Source: Octopus vulgaris (lineage: Eukaryota). From it: a stretch of DNA of 64,000 bases. Made by a program: the position numbers and the translations under genes. Below the pieces are notes generated by a model. The model was not told the origin of the DNA and made no database searches. It saw only the letters and a program-made list of their open reading frames with translations. Location: positions 106,082,001 through 106,146,000 of the forward strand of contig OX597816.1 in the NCBI GenBank assembly GCA_951406725.2, read 5' to 3'. Shown here one piece after another: positions 27,056-40,950 of the stretch (its first letter is position 1; each line of letters starts with the position of its first letter).

Positions 27056-27591
27056 TGAGTGCAGACATTGTGTTTTAATTTGACTTCAGTATTCCAGCTG
27101 AAACAAAAATAGACATAATATTTAACATCAAAATACAGAGATGTACCAGTATTTTTGACTGCCTAGATGTACCAGTATTTTTTTACTACATTATTCTTTA
27201 ACAAGAATAGTATTGACAGAGACTTTGAAGTTTCAGCCTGTTAAACCATCACTGTATAGTTTCATGGTGTACTCCACCAAAAGTATTGAGTAATCCTTCA
27301 GTGTCATGTAAAAATTCTATTTATTATAACTTAAAATAAAAACAGACGTTAATATTAATGTACGCATATAAGGTGATAAGCTGGCAGAATCATTAGCATG
27401 CTAGGCAAAATGCTTACCAGCATTTTGTCTGTCTTTACATTTTGGGTTCAAATTCCATTGAGGTTGACTTTGCCTTTCATCCATTCAGTGTTGATAAAAT
27501 AAGTGCCAGTTGAGCACTGGGATTGATGTAATCAATTTATCCCCTCCCCCAAAGTTGCTGGCCTTGTGTTAAAATTTGAAACTAATATTAA

Positions 27592-27626
<35 letters not shown>

Positions 27627-27671
27627 TCCAAAATTGTTCAGAAATACAAAACACAGTCACAGGTGAGGGTT

Positions 27672-28320
27672 TATGTGTAAGGTTTCGCACCCACAAAGCC
27701 AAAGCCTTGTGGACAGTTCATCAACCATTATATGAATACAAAATTTTAAAGTATCTATATCGCAGATGTGAGGAAATTCTCAGAACTTGGAGAATACAAA
27801 AAAATGTTAATGAGGATGGGTTATTTCCCCCAAATCAGAGAGGGAAAAAAACCTTTATAGACTTGTTGAGGTCAAACAAGCAAATAGGGAGATCTAATTT
27901 TCCAGTAAACAGCACTTGAAATATTTAGAAAATACTTCTTTACGGCTGTTTAATGTGCCAGGCTTCTTATAGTCCTTAAGAATTTTGGTTATCTCTACAA
28001 TGCAGATCTTACAACGGCCACTTCCATTAATATACAGGCCCGGATAATCAATTTCCACCTGATATTACACGGGGTCCTTTGATCTTTGAGGTGCCACACA
28101 AGGCAAGCCAGGGATGTGACTAACCATCTTTCTATGACTCTGAAGGATGACTGGTGGTTATGAAAATGTTTCTTGAACAAAGTACTCGCTGGACAAATAT
28201 ATTTAGAAACATGGGATGTAGCCCTATTCGCACTCCTGGAATGTTGGTAGTTATCTCAAATGAAAATGATAACCAATATTCCTTAGTGGATCACTTGAAA
28301 ATTGTAGATATCTTTTTCAT
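27672..28320 (-). mobile_element. Third Penelope-like remnant (GIY-YIG C-terminal half) with a hammerhead-like relic at 27672-27730
   Basis: FKKHFHNHQSSF...TSLACLVWHLKD...IRWKLI...GRCKICIVE...LNSRKEVFSK; downstream TTGATGA-stem(CCACAAGG/CTTTGTGG)-GAAA. Confidence 0.8.
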
Positions 28321-28418
28321 GTGAAACCATTAGCTTTTTGTTAATCCACAAATAAAGAATATTTATCCACTAAAGCAGTGTTGAGCATTCATTCTCACTG
28401 TTTAATAGTAGCATGTGT

Positions 28419-28455
<37 letters not shown>

Positions 28456-28949
28456 CAGTAGTAGTAGTAGTAGCAGCAGCAGCAGCAGCTGCTTATTATG
28501 ATACAACATTAATAAGCAGCAGCAGCTGCTTATTATGATACAACATTAATAGGTCACTTAACCCTTTAGCATTTAAACCGGCCATATCCAGCCTAAATAT
28601 TCTACCTATCTTATGTTCAAACTTGCCAGATTTTGCCTCTTACACCTAACCTACAATGTAATTCTAAATATAAACAATCACACCATCGAAATCCCAAAGC
28701 TATGAAATAATGCATGATTAATTGAAAGCAATGTGATTGCATAACCATTTCATTTGGCAGATTAATCTAAATGCGAAAGGGTTAAGAAAATGCTATGATG
28801 TTTGCACTCCATTTTCCTTTCCAGTGCAAAAAGGTTTTTAAATAAATAACCATTTCATACATTCTGAATTATATAATGTTCTATACAAATATATACTGAG
28901 GTGAGTTAAAAGTTTTACAATATTTACAAGTGACAGAAGATACCTGCTG

Positions 28950-29747
28950 AAGTTGGTTATATCATGGTAGTTGGTGCACTGAAATGTTATGCAATGCTTC
29001 ACTCCATATGTGATTTGAAAGCCACACAAATGAATGTGCAACATAGTCTAATTCAGAAACTTGTACTTTATGCATCCAAACTGGGCCATAACACCATGGA
29101 AGCAACCAAAAACATTTGTTGAGCAAAAAGTGAAGGTGCAGTTGATCACAGTATAGTAACCAGATCATTCAGCAAATTTTCCTCCAGTTGCAAGAACCTC
29201 AAAAATCAGGCACAGTCAGGTAGGCCTAAAACCAAGGATTCTGAGGCTGTGCTCTTAGCCACAGCGGCAAATCCAATGAGTAGCACTTGGAGCTCAGCTT
29301 CTCATGGACATATGCCACTGTGTGACAAAAATATTCAGCATTGGTTAACAGAAAGGGAGCTCTTCTGCAGCAAGACAATGCAAGATCTCATACTACTCAA
29401 ACAACCCAGAATAAATTCCAGAAACTTGAGGGAATCAAATTGATGTCCCACCCAGCATATAGTCCAGACCTAGCTCCTTTGGATTATTACTTGTTCCTAT
29501 TCCTGGCTCACTTCCTGTTCTCATGATGCTTCATCAACCAAGATGGGGTGGAAGATTCAGTGAAGTAGATCTTTTCCTTGAAGGACAAAATCTGGTATCA
29601 GTGTGGACCGAAGAACAAGCAGAAAGGTGGCTTCAGATGGTGCAACATGATGGCTTCTACTTTGAATGCTAGGCTGCTTTTGTTTTAACTTGACAAATAA
29701 AGCAAATAAGTTACCAAAATATTGCAAAACTTTTGACTCAACACAAT
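28950..29747 (+). mobile_element. Decayed mariner (DD34D) element
   Basis: HTH remnant LGHNTMEATKNIC...RSGRP-like; LLQQDNARSHT; HPAYSPDLAPLDYYLF. Confidence 0.85.
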
Positions 29748-30083
29748 ACTATTTAATATACTATGTAGCTGACAAACATATTAAATGCAGATCAGAATGA
29801 CTGTTAATGTTGTATCCTTGATAATCAACTGCTATGTATACATAGCAAATTAGATTCAAGCTTCTCTGGATGGCCAAAGAATAGTGGTACATCTTCTCTG
29901 AAGAGGGACAGTCACCCCCAAAACAGATCTGAAAGATGTTTCTCAATTATTTTTCTGTTTACTGAAGAGAACAATAGGCTGTTTTCAGATCATTTCAGTC
30001 TTCACAACTAAAAATTATTTATAAAGTTAGCTATATTACATGTTTCAGATATTCTCAATTACATTAGATTCTTTATAAATATA

Positions 30084-30979
30084 TTAGGTTGTTCAGAAAA
30101 TACTGCCCAACTTTTCAAAAACATTTTTTCAAATTTGATTTAATAGTTATTTTTGTAGTGTTTTAGACGAAATTTTACATGCTTCATAATTGATGTATAC
30201 ACTTTAATAAATTTTTATTGATTTCTTTTAGAATATAATTTTAAAGTGTAGAAATCCTTAATTTCAAACAGGAAAAAGAAGAAATGCATTTACCTTTTTT
30301 TTTTACCTGAGTTCAAGGTTGGGCATAATGCTTCCCAAACAGCCACTAATATCAACAGAGCATTGGGTGAAGGGTCCACAAGTGATCAGACAGTACAACA
30401 GTTGTTTGAGCAATTCTGTAGTGGGAATGAGAGCATTGAAGATCAAAAAGGTAAAGGATGTCCATCCACCCTTGATGATCAGCATTTGGAAACAATAGTC
30501 AAACAAAACCCATGGCAAAATGCCAGAGAAATGTCTCATATGCTTGGTGTCTATAAGCAACTGGAAAAAATGCATGTTCACTTGAGCAAAAGGAAACCTG
30601 CTCCACAACAATACTCAGCCGCACATTTCCAGGATGACACTGCAGAAGCTCATAGACTTAGGATACAAGACTTTACCATATCCTCTATATTCTCCTGATC
30701 TTTCACCCACCAACTACCACTTTTTCAAGCATCTAAACACTTTTTAAGGCAAAAAACCTCCCACTCCAAAACTGAGGTTGAAACTGAATTCAAGGATTTC
30801 TTGGCATCAAAACCTTTGGATTTTTATTGAAGAGGCATAAATGACCTTGTTAATTGATGTGAGAAATGCATAGCAGTTCAGGGATCATATTTTGAATAAT
30901 TAAACCTCTGTATAAGTTCAGTTTTTCAAGAACATATGCTTATTTTTAAAAATCAACCATTATTTTCCAGACAACATAA
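30084..30979 (+). mobile_element. Internally deleted mariner element
   Basis: Imperfect TIRs TTAGGTTGTTCAGAAAATA / TATTTTCCAGACAACATAA; GEGSTSDQTVQQLFEQFCSGNESIED HTH; YSPDLSPTNYHFF. Confidence 0.85.
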
Positions 30980-33900
30980 TATATTACTATATTTTCAAAT
31001 AATTCTATTTTCCTGTTCCCAACAATATATAATGATATACATTAATTTAGTAATTCTTTCAGCACTACTCCAACAAGTGTAATGAAAGCTCTGCTTAACT
31101 GATGAAAGGCCAAATGCATCACATGGTTAGTTGAAAGGAGAGGTGAAGAGCAAGAGAAAAAGACAGTGAGAGAAAAGAGGAAGAGAGAAATGCTAGTATT
31201 GTAGTGTGGGGAGAGAAAGGTAAAGAGAAAGAGATGTTTAGGATACAACATTTAGCAGGGGGTGATGTTCTGGTGGTGAGGTAAAAGAAAGGAGACAGAG
31301 AGTGACAGATAGGGGAGACGGTTGTATTAAGAGAGAGAGAGGGTGAGGGAGGGAGCAGATAGTGTTTGTATTGTTAGAATAGAGATACATCAACAGCAAG
31401 AAAAAGTAGATATTAACAAACAGCTGGACTGAACTGAAATGAAATGAGTTTTGTTACTGAAAACTATAGTGATGATGATGGTGGTGGTGTTGTTGATAGT
31501 GAAAAAGTTTTTTTTCATTGAACTAAATCTATAATATTATTTGTTTACCTGAGAGAGAGAGAGAGAGAGAAGCAGATAGTGTTTTATTGAATTAAATCTA
31601 TATTATTTGTTTACCTGTTTGTTCACACTTTATGTTTTAGTTTGTTTGAATAGAGGAGGCGGTGGAGTGAAAGAGAGAAAAAGGAAACATGAGAGTGAGT
31701 GAGAGAGCAGGTAGCCAGACGATGCATTATGCTGTCACTCATGTGGCAAGTGGAAGTGAGAGGTGAAGAGAAAGAGAAAATGTTAAAGACATAAAGAGAG
31801 AAACAATATGGTTTAAAAGTTTGTTGAAGAGGTAGAGAGAAATATAAGGTGCTTAGCAGAGGGAAATTTTGAAATCATATTATTGTGACTGGAAGTGAAA
31901 TAACTTAGCAAAATAAAAATAAAAATCCAAATCATCCTTGCTTTCTTGAATAGCTTCTCTTAATCTTTTTCATTCTGTAGAATTTTCACAAGTTCCACTA
32001 ATTTCTGATAGTCAGCTTTATAATTTTCCTGCATTGAATATGTTAACAGTCATTCATTTGAAATTCACCTTATTTAAATATTTTCTTCAACATAAAATTG
32101 TAAGAAACTTATACTTATCTGTTAGTGCAGACAGCATACAAATTAATACATTCATATAACAAAACTCAGCAAGGTTGTTTAATCTTCATGCATTACATCC
32201 TTTCTTACAAGATTCCATGAAACACTTGTCAATCTTCCTAATTTTCTAAAATTTTCAAAAGCCATTAAGGAACTGGAATCTTCATTGAGCTTTTCAAATC
32301 TAGCAAATGATCTACTCTGAAATAGTTGGTTCATATAGCATACTCAGTTTTAGACAATGATAGGTCCAGCATCATTAGATTGCATGTAACACTGGTTAAT
32401 AAAGAAAGTACTAATGGCAAATGTGACTTCCCTTTTATAACAGAATAATTTACTCCTTTTTTTTTTCTTTTTGGCATTGGGGATTAGTTCATTTCTAGAA
32501 TATTTATGAATTTGTTCATGTTAGTAATAAAGAATTTACTGGTAGAATCTAAATAGCTTGTAGTAAATGACTTTCACAATACTAAATCATAAATTTAGAT
32601 ACACTTTTATTTCCAATTTTTCATGATCTTACACAACCTGTATTCAATTTTTTTTGTACTATTTCAAAACATTTTCTGTCTCTTTATTCAGTACAAAATC
32701 ATATTATCTCTATGGGTACAATGCACAACAACTATCTATAAGTTATTATTTCATAGGTATTTTATTGAGATTCCATTCTACTCATCACAATTAATTAATC
32801 TAGAAAACAAATATCAGAACTTTCTGAGAAACTCAATTATTATAGACAAGCATTCTATCCAGTGTTAAATGCTGGCCCTATGGTCTAAAAACAAATTGAC
32901 ACTATTGATTATTCCGAAAAAAATCTAGTTTGCTTAACTGAATTCTATTCATCACTTGCTATTGAAATTATCTTTCTATATATGGTTTTCTTAGTATTTT
33001 TAAAATAATTCTAATTTGATGAGATTATTTTTAATTCAGTTACAATTTCCCTGAAATTCTTATAATTTTACTGTTTCCGGTTTTTACTCAAAACTGAGAA
33101 ATTTATAGATCTCATTCTGATCAGTATTAAATCAGTTCATTTTTCCAGTGAGTTCTACACACTAATTTTCTCTTTTCATTAGCAATTTCAGTGCACTTTT
33201 TGACATGATAGCATGCTCGTGTATCATGGCTAGCAAGCACAATAGTGTCATTAGTAATGTTCAGTTGAGATGAAATTCCTTGATGCGTTTTAAAATAATC
33301 AATGAATAGATTGTAGATTCTAGTGACACTTCTATCACCAAAGGTTTCGTCTTATAACTAGTCATGTCTTTAAGCAGTATTTTGATTGATTCCTTACTCA
33401 AACAAACTCCAGCTGAAGAATATTTATCACCATGAAGAAATCCTATGAGATTAGAATCCAGTAACTTATTTATTTCTGCCAGCAAATACTTCAGATATTC
33501 ACATTTATTATCAAATTATACAAATAATCAACGATGTCTATCCCTTCAGTTATACATATTCAATTATAAAAGTTTCTTACTTTGTAATGTATTTATCTAT
33601 AAATAGTTTGTTTATAAGCACAGATTTATCTACACCTACTAGATTCCAATTAGACATACCATTCCATTTAATATTGTTTATTAAGTACTAGAACAAGACC
33701 TGACCAAAAACAAAATATTGTATAAAGTTGTGTAGCTTAAATGAAGTATTGTGGAATAGAGCTAAAGATGCTTTTTTTAGAAAGTTGCTGCATGTTTGAA
33801 ATAAAGGGGAGAAAAACAAAAGCAAAACAGAAACAAAGTTTTACACCTTTTCTTTATATTTTGATATTTTTACTTTAAAGGTCTTTAAAAAGAGAAAATG

Positions 33901-36900
33901 AAATTGAGCTTAAGAGCTGATCTTCATGAATATGGATGGGAGGGGTGTGATAAGTACAGGTTGGTAATGTTATGCAATTAGCATTGTCTGTTGTTGATGG
34001 TTGGATTAAAATTTTTAATAAGAATGTCATGCTTTAATACCCAAATTTCCAATATTCTATTCTGTAACTTTGATACTAATTGTAATGCCATGGTTATGTC
34101 TCTCCAGTAATTTCTTCACGGAAACAGCATTTCTATAAATATGTTCTTTAATGAGGATGTGTAGTTTATGAAAGGTATTGTTAATGTAAAATTCACTACA
34201 TTTATGGCATTGTCATATTGGTATCAAAAATGGAATAAGACATTTGCTTTGGTGCATCAGAGTAATCTGGGATTTTGTGTTGGGTGCTCTGAATCATTGT
34301 CATTGTCCTCTATTTTAGGGATCTTTTCCCACTATCTTATTATTATTTCATTATCATTATTGTTATTACCAGTCACATACTATGATCAATATAACACCTT
34401 CACATTTTTTGGATTTGTGTTTATGATAGAAATAATTAATCAAAATTATCATTTTACATTTGCTTTCTATACTTGCAAAGATTAGAAGGATCATCATGAT
34501 CTAAGTCAATTCTTATTCAAAATTACTGCCCTCCTAGATGGGTTAGCAGATCATGTACATTTTATTTTGGTTTCTATGTCTGAGAACCCTCCTTATCACC
34601 CTATAGAGTGTACTAGTTGCATTTATTATGCCAAGACTACAAGGTTCTCTCTACCCTACAATGTCTCTACTCATTTGTCAACCACTTTACAGAATGTACT
34701 AAGTTAATTTTATCATGGTAGTAATACTGGTGAGGTTAACTTGTATCTTGTGAAACAAAAGAGTCTTCATTACTTATTGTGTATTTGTTCGCTCGAGTCA
34801 ATGGCAGCAGCATAGCCAGGTTCTAAAATTAGTGGGAGCGAGCACATTAAGAAAATAGGCACTGTGACACATACCAAACAATTTTTAATTCATTTTTCTT
34901 ATATTACATGAAATATTTAATTAGTTATATATAATTGTATTCAACATTCATTAATTTTATGCTTCACTAACAATGTCATTATATATGAAACTTACATCTA
35001 CTGATATAGGTATGATGTGAAAAAGATGAAACTCCATAAGATCATCCAGTGTCAAGAAATTATGACATCAGGGTTTGTTTAGGAAATTTCAGATGTCAGT
35101 GGCCACCAACACATCACTGGAGATTGAGGAGACAGTTCAAAAACATAGGAAGTTGGTCAAATAAAGTAATGACTCCAGAAAGTTCTTCCAAGGCCATACA
35201 ATTAACAAAAAGATTCAAAATTTATTGCACAAGTGTTAAAAAAATTGTTTAAAAAGCGCCAATTTTGAAAACTGTGCTTGATGGGTGGGGAATGGTCACT
35301 CCCCTTGCTCCCCTAATAGTTATACCACTGGTCAATAATCAAAAAGATGAAAAAAAAAGAGAGAGCAATAACAAACCAGGTTGGGTTTTGAAGTATGGTG
35401 ATAGAAAAAAAAGTTATTGGAGTGCAAGTGTGATAGAAAGAGAGAAAGGATAATGGATAATAACAGAGCTAGAGAACAATGGATAGCAGTAATAAGTGGC
35501 CTGGGGAGAGGGAATAATGACTGGCAATACAAAAAGTGTGATGGTCCAGTGTTATAGGTTATAAACATATTTGATGCAATCTCTTTTAGATAGGCCTTGT
35601 GACAAGAGGAGTAGAGTGATGGGTTGTAGCATTGTAGCAGGTTTGAATATATGTAGGTTCAATACACTCTCTCGTTATATGGGTAGTATACTTTTTTACT
35701 CAAGGCACAAGGCCCGAAATTTTGGGGGAGGGGGCCAGTCGATTAGATCAACCCCAGTACACAACTAATACTTAATTTATCGACCCTGAAAGGATGAAAG
35801 GCAAAGTCATCCTCAGCAGAATTTGAACTCAGAATGTAAAGACAGACGAAATACCACTAAGCATTTCACCTAGCGTACTAACATTTCTGCCAGTTGCCGC
35901 CTTGTTACATGGGTAGTATAATATAATGAATAGGAAAGAAAATGAGTATTAGAGAGATGAAAGGACTGGTTAGGTTCAATGTTGTCTCTGGTTACAAAGA
36001 TGTTATAGTATAAGTAGGAGAGTGACACTACTATCCTTTAAGTGGAAGAGTGCTGCTACTATCCACAAGTACTACTGTACAGTTAATAGAAGAGAGACTT
36101 TGGTAACTGCTTATACTTCTCAGTTTTTATGTCAAAGTGTGATCATGTTGTACATTGGATATAACTGTCGACTCAGTTGTGCCTGTCAGTATTTTCTTTT
36201 TGCAAGGTCAAGGCAAATGATGCAGACAATTGATTTTTTTTTTCATGCTGATTGCAGAGTCTTCAGTTAATGTTAGCCTCTTTTTCTATTATTTCATTCT
36301 TATAGTATTTTTGTCACTAAATCTTAAGCTTGTGCAGCTAAAACCAAACCTTCTGTTTCAACCTTTAATCCATAGCATTTGTGTCATTGTTTTCTTACTT
36401 CTTCCCAATAGGAGGATCTTAAATACAGTGCTTGCTGTAGACCATTATATATTTTATATCAGACAGGTTGTGTCTAGTTCAGATTTCTCCAAGGATACGT
36501 TTATGGGTGCATCCAGCTTCTGTGAGACAAATTCCTTGAAGTCTTTCAGTGCCTTCCACACCTAATCGTCATTCCTCATCATCTCTCTCACTCTCATAAT
36601 ATCAAGTGTCATGAGAGTTTCAACTCCACTGTCTTCATTTTTCCATTGGTGCTGCCTCCCTCAGTGAGGAGGTTGGCTACAACATTTGTTGTTATTCAAA
36701 GGGTATCTGTACCTGGGTGAAATTCCATCCAGACACAGTATACAAAAGGTATCAAAACAAGTTTGTAATCTATATGGGGTCAATTTATAATTCTATAAAT
36801 ATCAAGGGCTTCTAAAAACCAATTCCTAGAAGAATACAAGCATCATGTAACAGATTCATTGATTTTTTTTATAAGGTACAAGTCCAGTTTTTGTAAAAGA

Positions 36901-37292
36901 TGGATTATGATTTTTATTGCAATGACCAACAATACTAATATGTTGCTTGTCAGACCATGGAAAGTCATCAGCAGTATAACGAGCAGGGACAAGTTAAGAC
37001 CTAGCCGTGGCCCCGGCACCCATAGATTTTGAAGTTCCTTACAATATTTTTGTATGTTTGTATGTCTGTGTGTGATTTTTGTGTTCATACATATATATAC
37101 ATATATATATATATATATATGCATGTAAGAGAACAATTATCTTTTGAACTTCATAAGATAGTCATTTATCCCTTTGTCATCTCTTTTCTTATTACTGTTC
37201 TGTACTCAACAAATGGTCCATTCAAAAGCATCCATATATACTGAGTTCTACAGCAAGTCATTAGGTTATCAGCATTGCAATGCCTAAGCAAA

Positions 37293-37332
<40 letters not shown>

Positions 37333-37454
37333 GGAGTAAACACATAAATGTGAAACAAGGTGGAAAAAAGAGTACTCAAATACCAGTGGTAGAGTAATAT
37401 GCTTTATTTAAAGCAGCAGAAAATTCAACAAAATCTGTTACTCTGAGTTTCTCG

Positions 37455-37625
37455 TTTTAGGATCTGAATTCTGTTGTGGTGGGTGGGTCTTCTCAAGGAC
37501 AGCACTGTACCACATATCTTGGTCCTCTGTCATCTCAATCCTACAGTTCAGCATTTTGAGATCAGCCTTCAATACTTTGTCCCATGTCATCCTGGGTCTT
37601 CCTCTTCCACAACTTCCCTCTATTC
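37455..37625 (-). mobile_element. RTE-LINE ORF C-terminal fragment
   Basis: GSCGRGRPRMTWDKVLKADL...DMWYSAVLEKT, homologous to the end of ORF 55006-57963. Confidence 0.8.
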
Positions 37626-38066
37626 TAAGTGAACAGGACAGTAAGAACAAAACAATGTTCTTACTGTCCTGTTCTTGTTACCACTTTTACCCCTCCACAA
37701 AAAATCCCAAATTTTATTTAATTTGCTTTGCAGGAAGGACTGTTTCAATGAAGTCGCATCTTGTCCTTACCTTTGAAACATGGAGTAGACGAAACAGGGA
37801 CAACTGAAGAAGGGGAATATTCCTTGTGTTGTATGTCTTGTACTCCGTTCTTTCATTGTTTAAAAAATAGTTTGTGTCCATGTTTTTGTTTTTATCTTTT
37901 CGTTTCTCATTGTGTTCAACTTTTTTTTGATGTCCTGTACCCATACATGCATGTATATATACATATAGATGTAGGTATGTACATATATGTATGTATATAT
38001 ATGCATATATTTATATATTATTTATATCATTACATTATCGAATGCCACGCATCCTTTTCCAAGTAA

Positions 38067-38110
<44 letters not shown>

Positions 38111-38687
38111 AAAAAGTCAGTGATTGTATGACACTGTATTTTCTATACATTGCAAGTGAGGTTAGACTACTGCCATGCCTGGCAAATGAGTGCTCACAAC
38201 CAACGAGATCCAATAAGAGCAAAATTACACAGTCTGGTGGTCTTGGAGCTAGGGTAGTAGAAGCTCTCTCCCACTTGCAATAAATATCAAGTGTGAAAGC
38301 ACACTGAATAAACCAGCTAGAAGAGATGTCTTCCTGAGGTTAAAAAAGTAGTATTGTCATCTCTTACAGGGAACCCATGTTAAAGTGGTGATAAACACCT
38401 TTATATATATATATATTCCTTTTTCATTTTCTTTTTACCTGTCTCAGTCATTTGACTGCAACCATGCCATGCTGGAGCATCACCTTTAGTTGAACAAATT
38501 GACCCCAGGACTTATTCTTTGTAAGCCTAGTACTTACTCTATCAGTCTCTTTTACCAAACTTCTAAGTTACAGGAATGAAAACACACCAACATCAGTGTC
38601 AAACGATAGTGGGAGAAACAAACACAAATACATACATACATATATATATGTATGTGTGTGTGTATATGTATATATATATATATATAT

Positions 38688-39883
38688 CAAATCAAAACAA
38701 ATCAAAATAGATGAACATCAATGGAATTTGTATCTTTGTGATACCAGTGCCGGTGGCACACAAGAAAACCATCCGAACGTGGCCGTAGCCAGTACCGCAT
38801 CAACTGGCCTCCGTGCTGTGGGCACATAACAAACACCATCCGATCATGGCCGTTCGCCAACCTCATCTGGCACCTGTGTCGGTGGGACATAAAAACACCA
38901 TCCGAAGACCCGGCAAGACTAGTCAGGCCATAACCCGTGGCCCCTACCTGGGACGTAGTCAGTCCACCTGTGCATACCTTCCTTCCTTCTTGTGACACTT
39001 GTGAAGACCTGTGAAGACCTGTTGAGGCAAGTGAAAATCAAATCAAATCAAAGCAAAACAAATCAAAATAGATGAACATCAATGGAATTTGTATCCTTGT
39101 GGTACCAGTGCCGGTGGCACACAAGAAAACCATCCGAACGTGGCAGTAGCCAGAACCGCATCGACTGGCCTCCGTGCTGTGGGCACGTAACAAATACCAT
39201 CCGATCGTGGCCGTTCGCCAGCCTCATCTGGCACCTATGTCGGTGGCACATAAAAACACCATCCGAAGACCCGGCAAGACTAGTCAGGCCATAACCCGTG
39301 GCCCCTACCTGGGACGTAGTCAGTCCACCTGTGCATACCTTCCTTCTTGTGACACTTGTGAAGACCTGTTGAGGCAAGTGAAAATCAAAACAAATCAAAA
39401 TAGATGAACATCAATGGAATTTGTATCTCTGTGGTACCAGTGCCGGTGGCACACAAGAAAACCATCCGAACGTGGCCGTAGCCAGAACCGCATCGACTGG
39501 CCTCCGTGCTGTGGGCACGTAACAAACACCATCCGATCGTGGCCGTTCGCCAGCCTCATCTGGCACCTGTGTCGGTGGCACATAAAAACACCATCCGAGC
39601 GTGGCCGTCTGCCAGCCTCGTCTGGCACCCGTGTCGGTGGCACATAAAAAACACCATCCGAGCGTGGCCGTTCGCCAGCCTCGTCTGGCACCTGTGTCGG
39701 TGGCACATAAAATCACCCACTACACTCTCGGAGTGGTTGGCGTTAGGAAGGGCATCCAGCTGTAGAAACACTGCCAGATCTGACTGGCCTGGTGCAGCCT
39801 TCGGGCTCCCCAGACCCCAGTTGAACCGTCCAACCCATGCTAGCATGGAAAACGGACGCTAAATGATGATGATGATGATGATG

Positions 39884-39885
<2 letters not shown>
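38688..39885 (+). mobile_element. RTE-LINE 3'UTR as a head-to-tail triplication (periods 361 and 332 bp) ending in the (GAT)n tail
   Basis: ATAGATGAACATCAATGG at 38707, 39068 and 39400; each unit carries ~60-nt modules; units are joined by AAGACCCGG...GAAGACCTGTTGAGGCAAGT, homologous to the LINE ORF end and proximal UTR. Confidence 0.9.
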
Positions 39886-39959
<74 letters not shown>

Positions 39960-40151
39960 ATGTATGTATGTATGTATGTATGTATGTATGTATATATGTG
40001 TACGACAGACTTCTTTCAGTTTCCATCTACCAAATCCATTCACAAGGTTTTGAAAGCTACAATGCAAAGAAGTACACTGTGACTAGCAATGTATAAAGGG
40101 AAATAACTCTTCCGTTTTTAGCACGAAAGTTCATATAAATATATTACTTAC

Positions 40152-40276
40152 GTTCCCACCCAAGTCATCTCTTTCTTTCGTCCATTTGGTATCGGTAAAA
40201 TAAGTAACAATACATCCTTCATTGTCCACTGTCCTAACAATAGAAATAATAATGCCAAACATTTGCTGAAACCCAT
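40152..40276 (-). CDS. Candidate first coding exon of an unidentified gene (signal-peptide-like N-terminus)
   Basis: MGFSKCLALLFLLLGQWTMKDVLLLILPIPNGRKKEMTWVG followed by a consensus GTAAGT donor, in CpG-retaining non-repetitive DNA. No homology recognised. Confidence 0.35.
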
Positions 40277-40649
40277 AAGTTTTAAGAGAAAAAATAATTC
40301 ATGCCTGCATACACACACACAAAGACACATAAGTGCATACACATGCTCGCTGACGCACACGCATGCGCACAGACATAAATGAATGCAACACCAATAACGG
40401 ACTAAGTCAACATTCATTGACAAGAATGCAAAAGACAACGAAAGTTTTGGAAGAAAAAATATAAATAATAAATTAATAGAAATCGAACCGGTGAGTGTGT
40501 TAGATGATAAGACATTTAGACAATATGACTCTCCCCTGACACAATATAATTCATTGTTTATACCACTTCTCCGAATTTTATTTGCGCAGAAATTAAATTA
40601 AAAGGAAACTAGTACGTTAAAAAAATCTCTGTTCGAAATAGAAGCAGTA

Positions 40650-40950
40650 TACGAATCAAAAAGTATTGCTTAAAGTGGTCAAAAGCAATATTTTAAATTA
40701 CAACATCGCAGAAGTATCCACACCTCCTCCAACTGTTGCACGCGTAGCACCGCCGAAGAAACTTGCAAGATGTTGTTCTTGTTCTTATCCTTCTACTTCT
40801 TCAGATTCTTTATCTTCTGTGAGCTATGAATTAGCGGTCCTCCGAGATCAACTTGCGGACAGTGCTAGATAGATAAGTACGTTATTGGTACAGATACAAA
40901 TCCAGTCATACCGTAGCAAAAGCCGTTCGCGGAGTGTGGACATTCGGCGA
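40650..40950 (+). mobile_element. Possible gag remnant of the Gypsy element at 43.4-45.3 kb
   Basis: Pro/Ser-rich stretch, coiled segment ELAVLRDQLAD, then YWYRYKS, loosely like the CWYH..FG gag knuckle. Confidence 0.35.
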
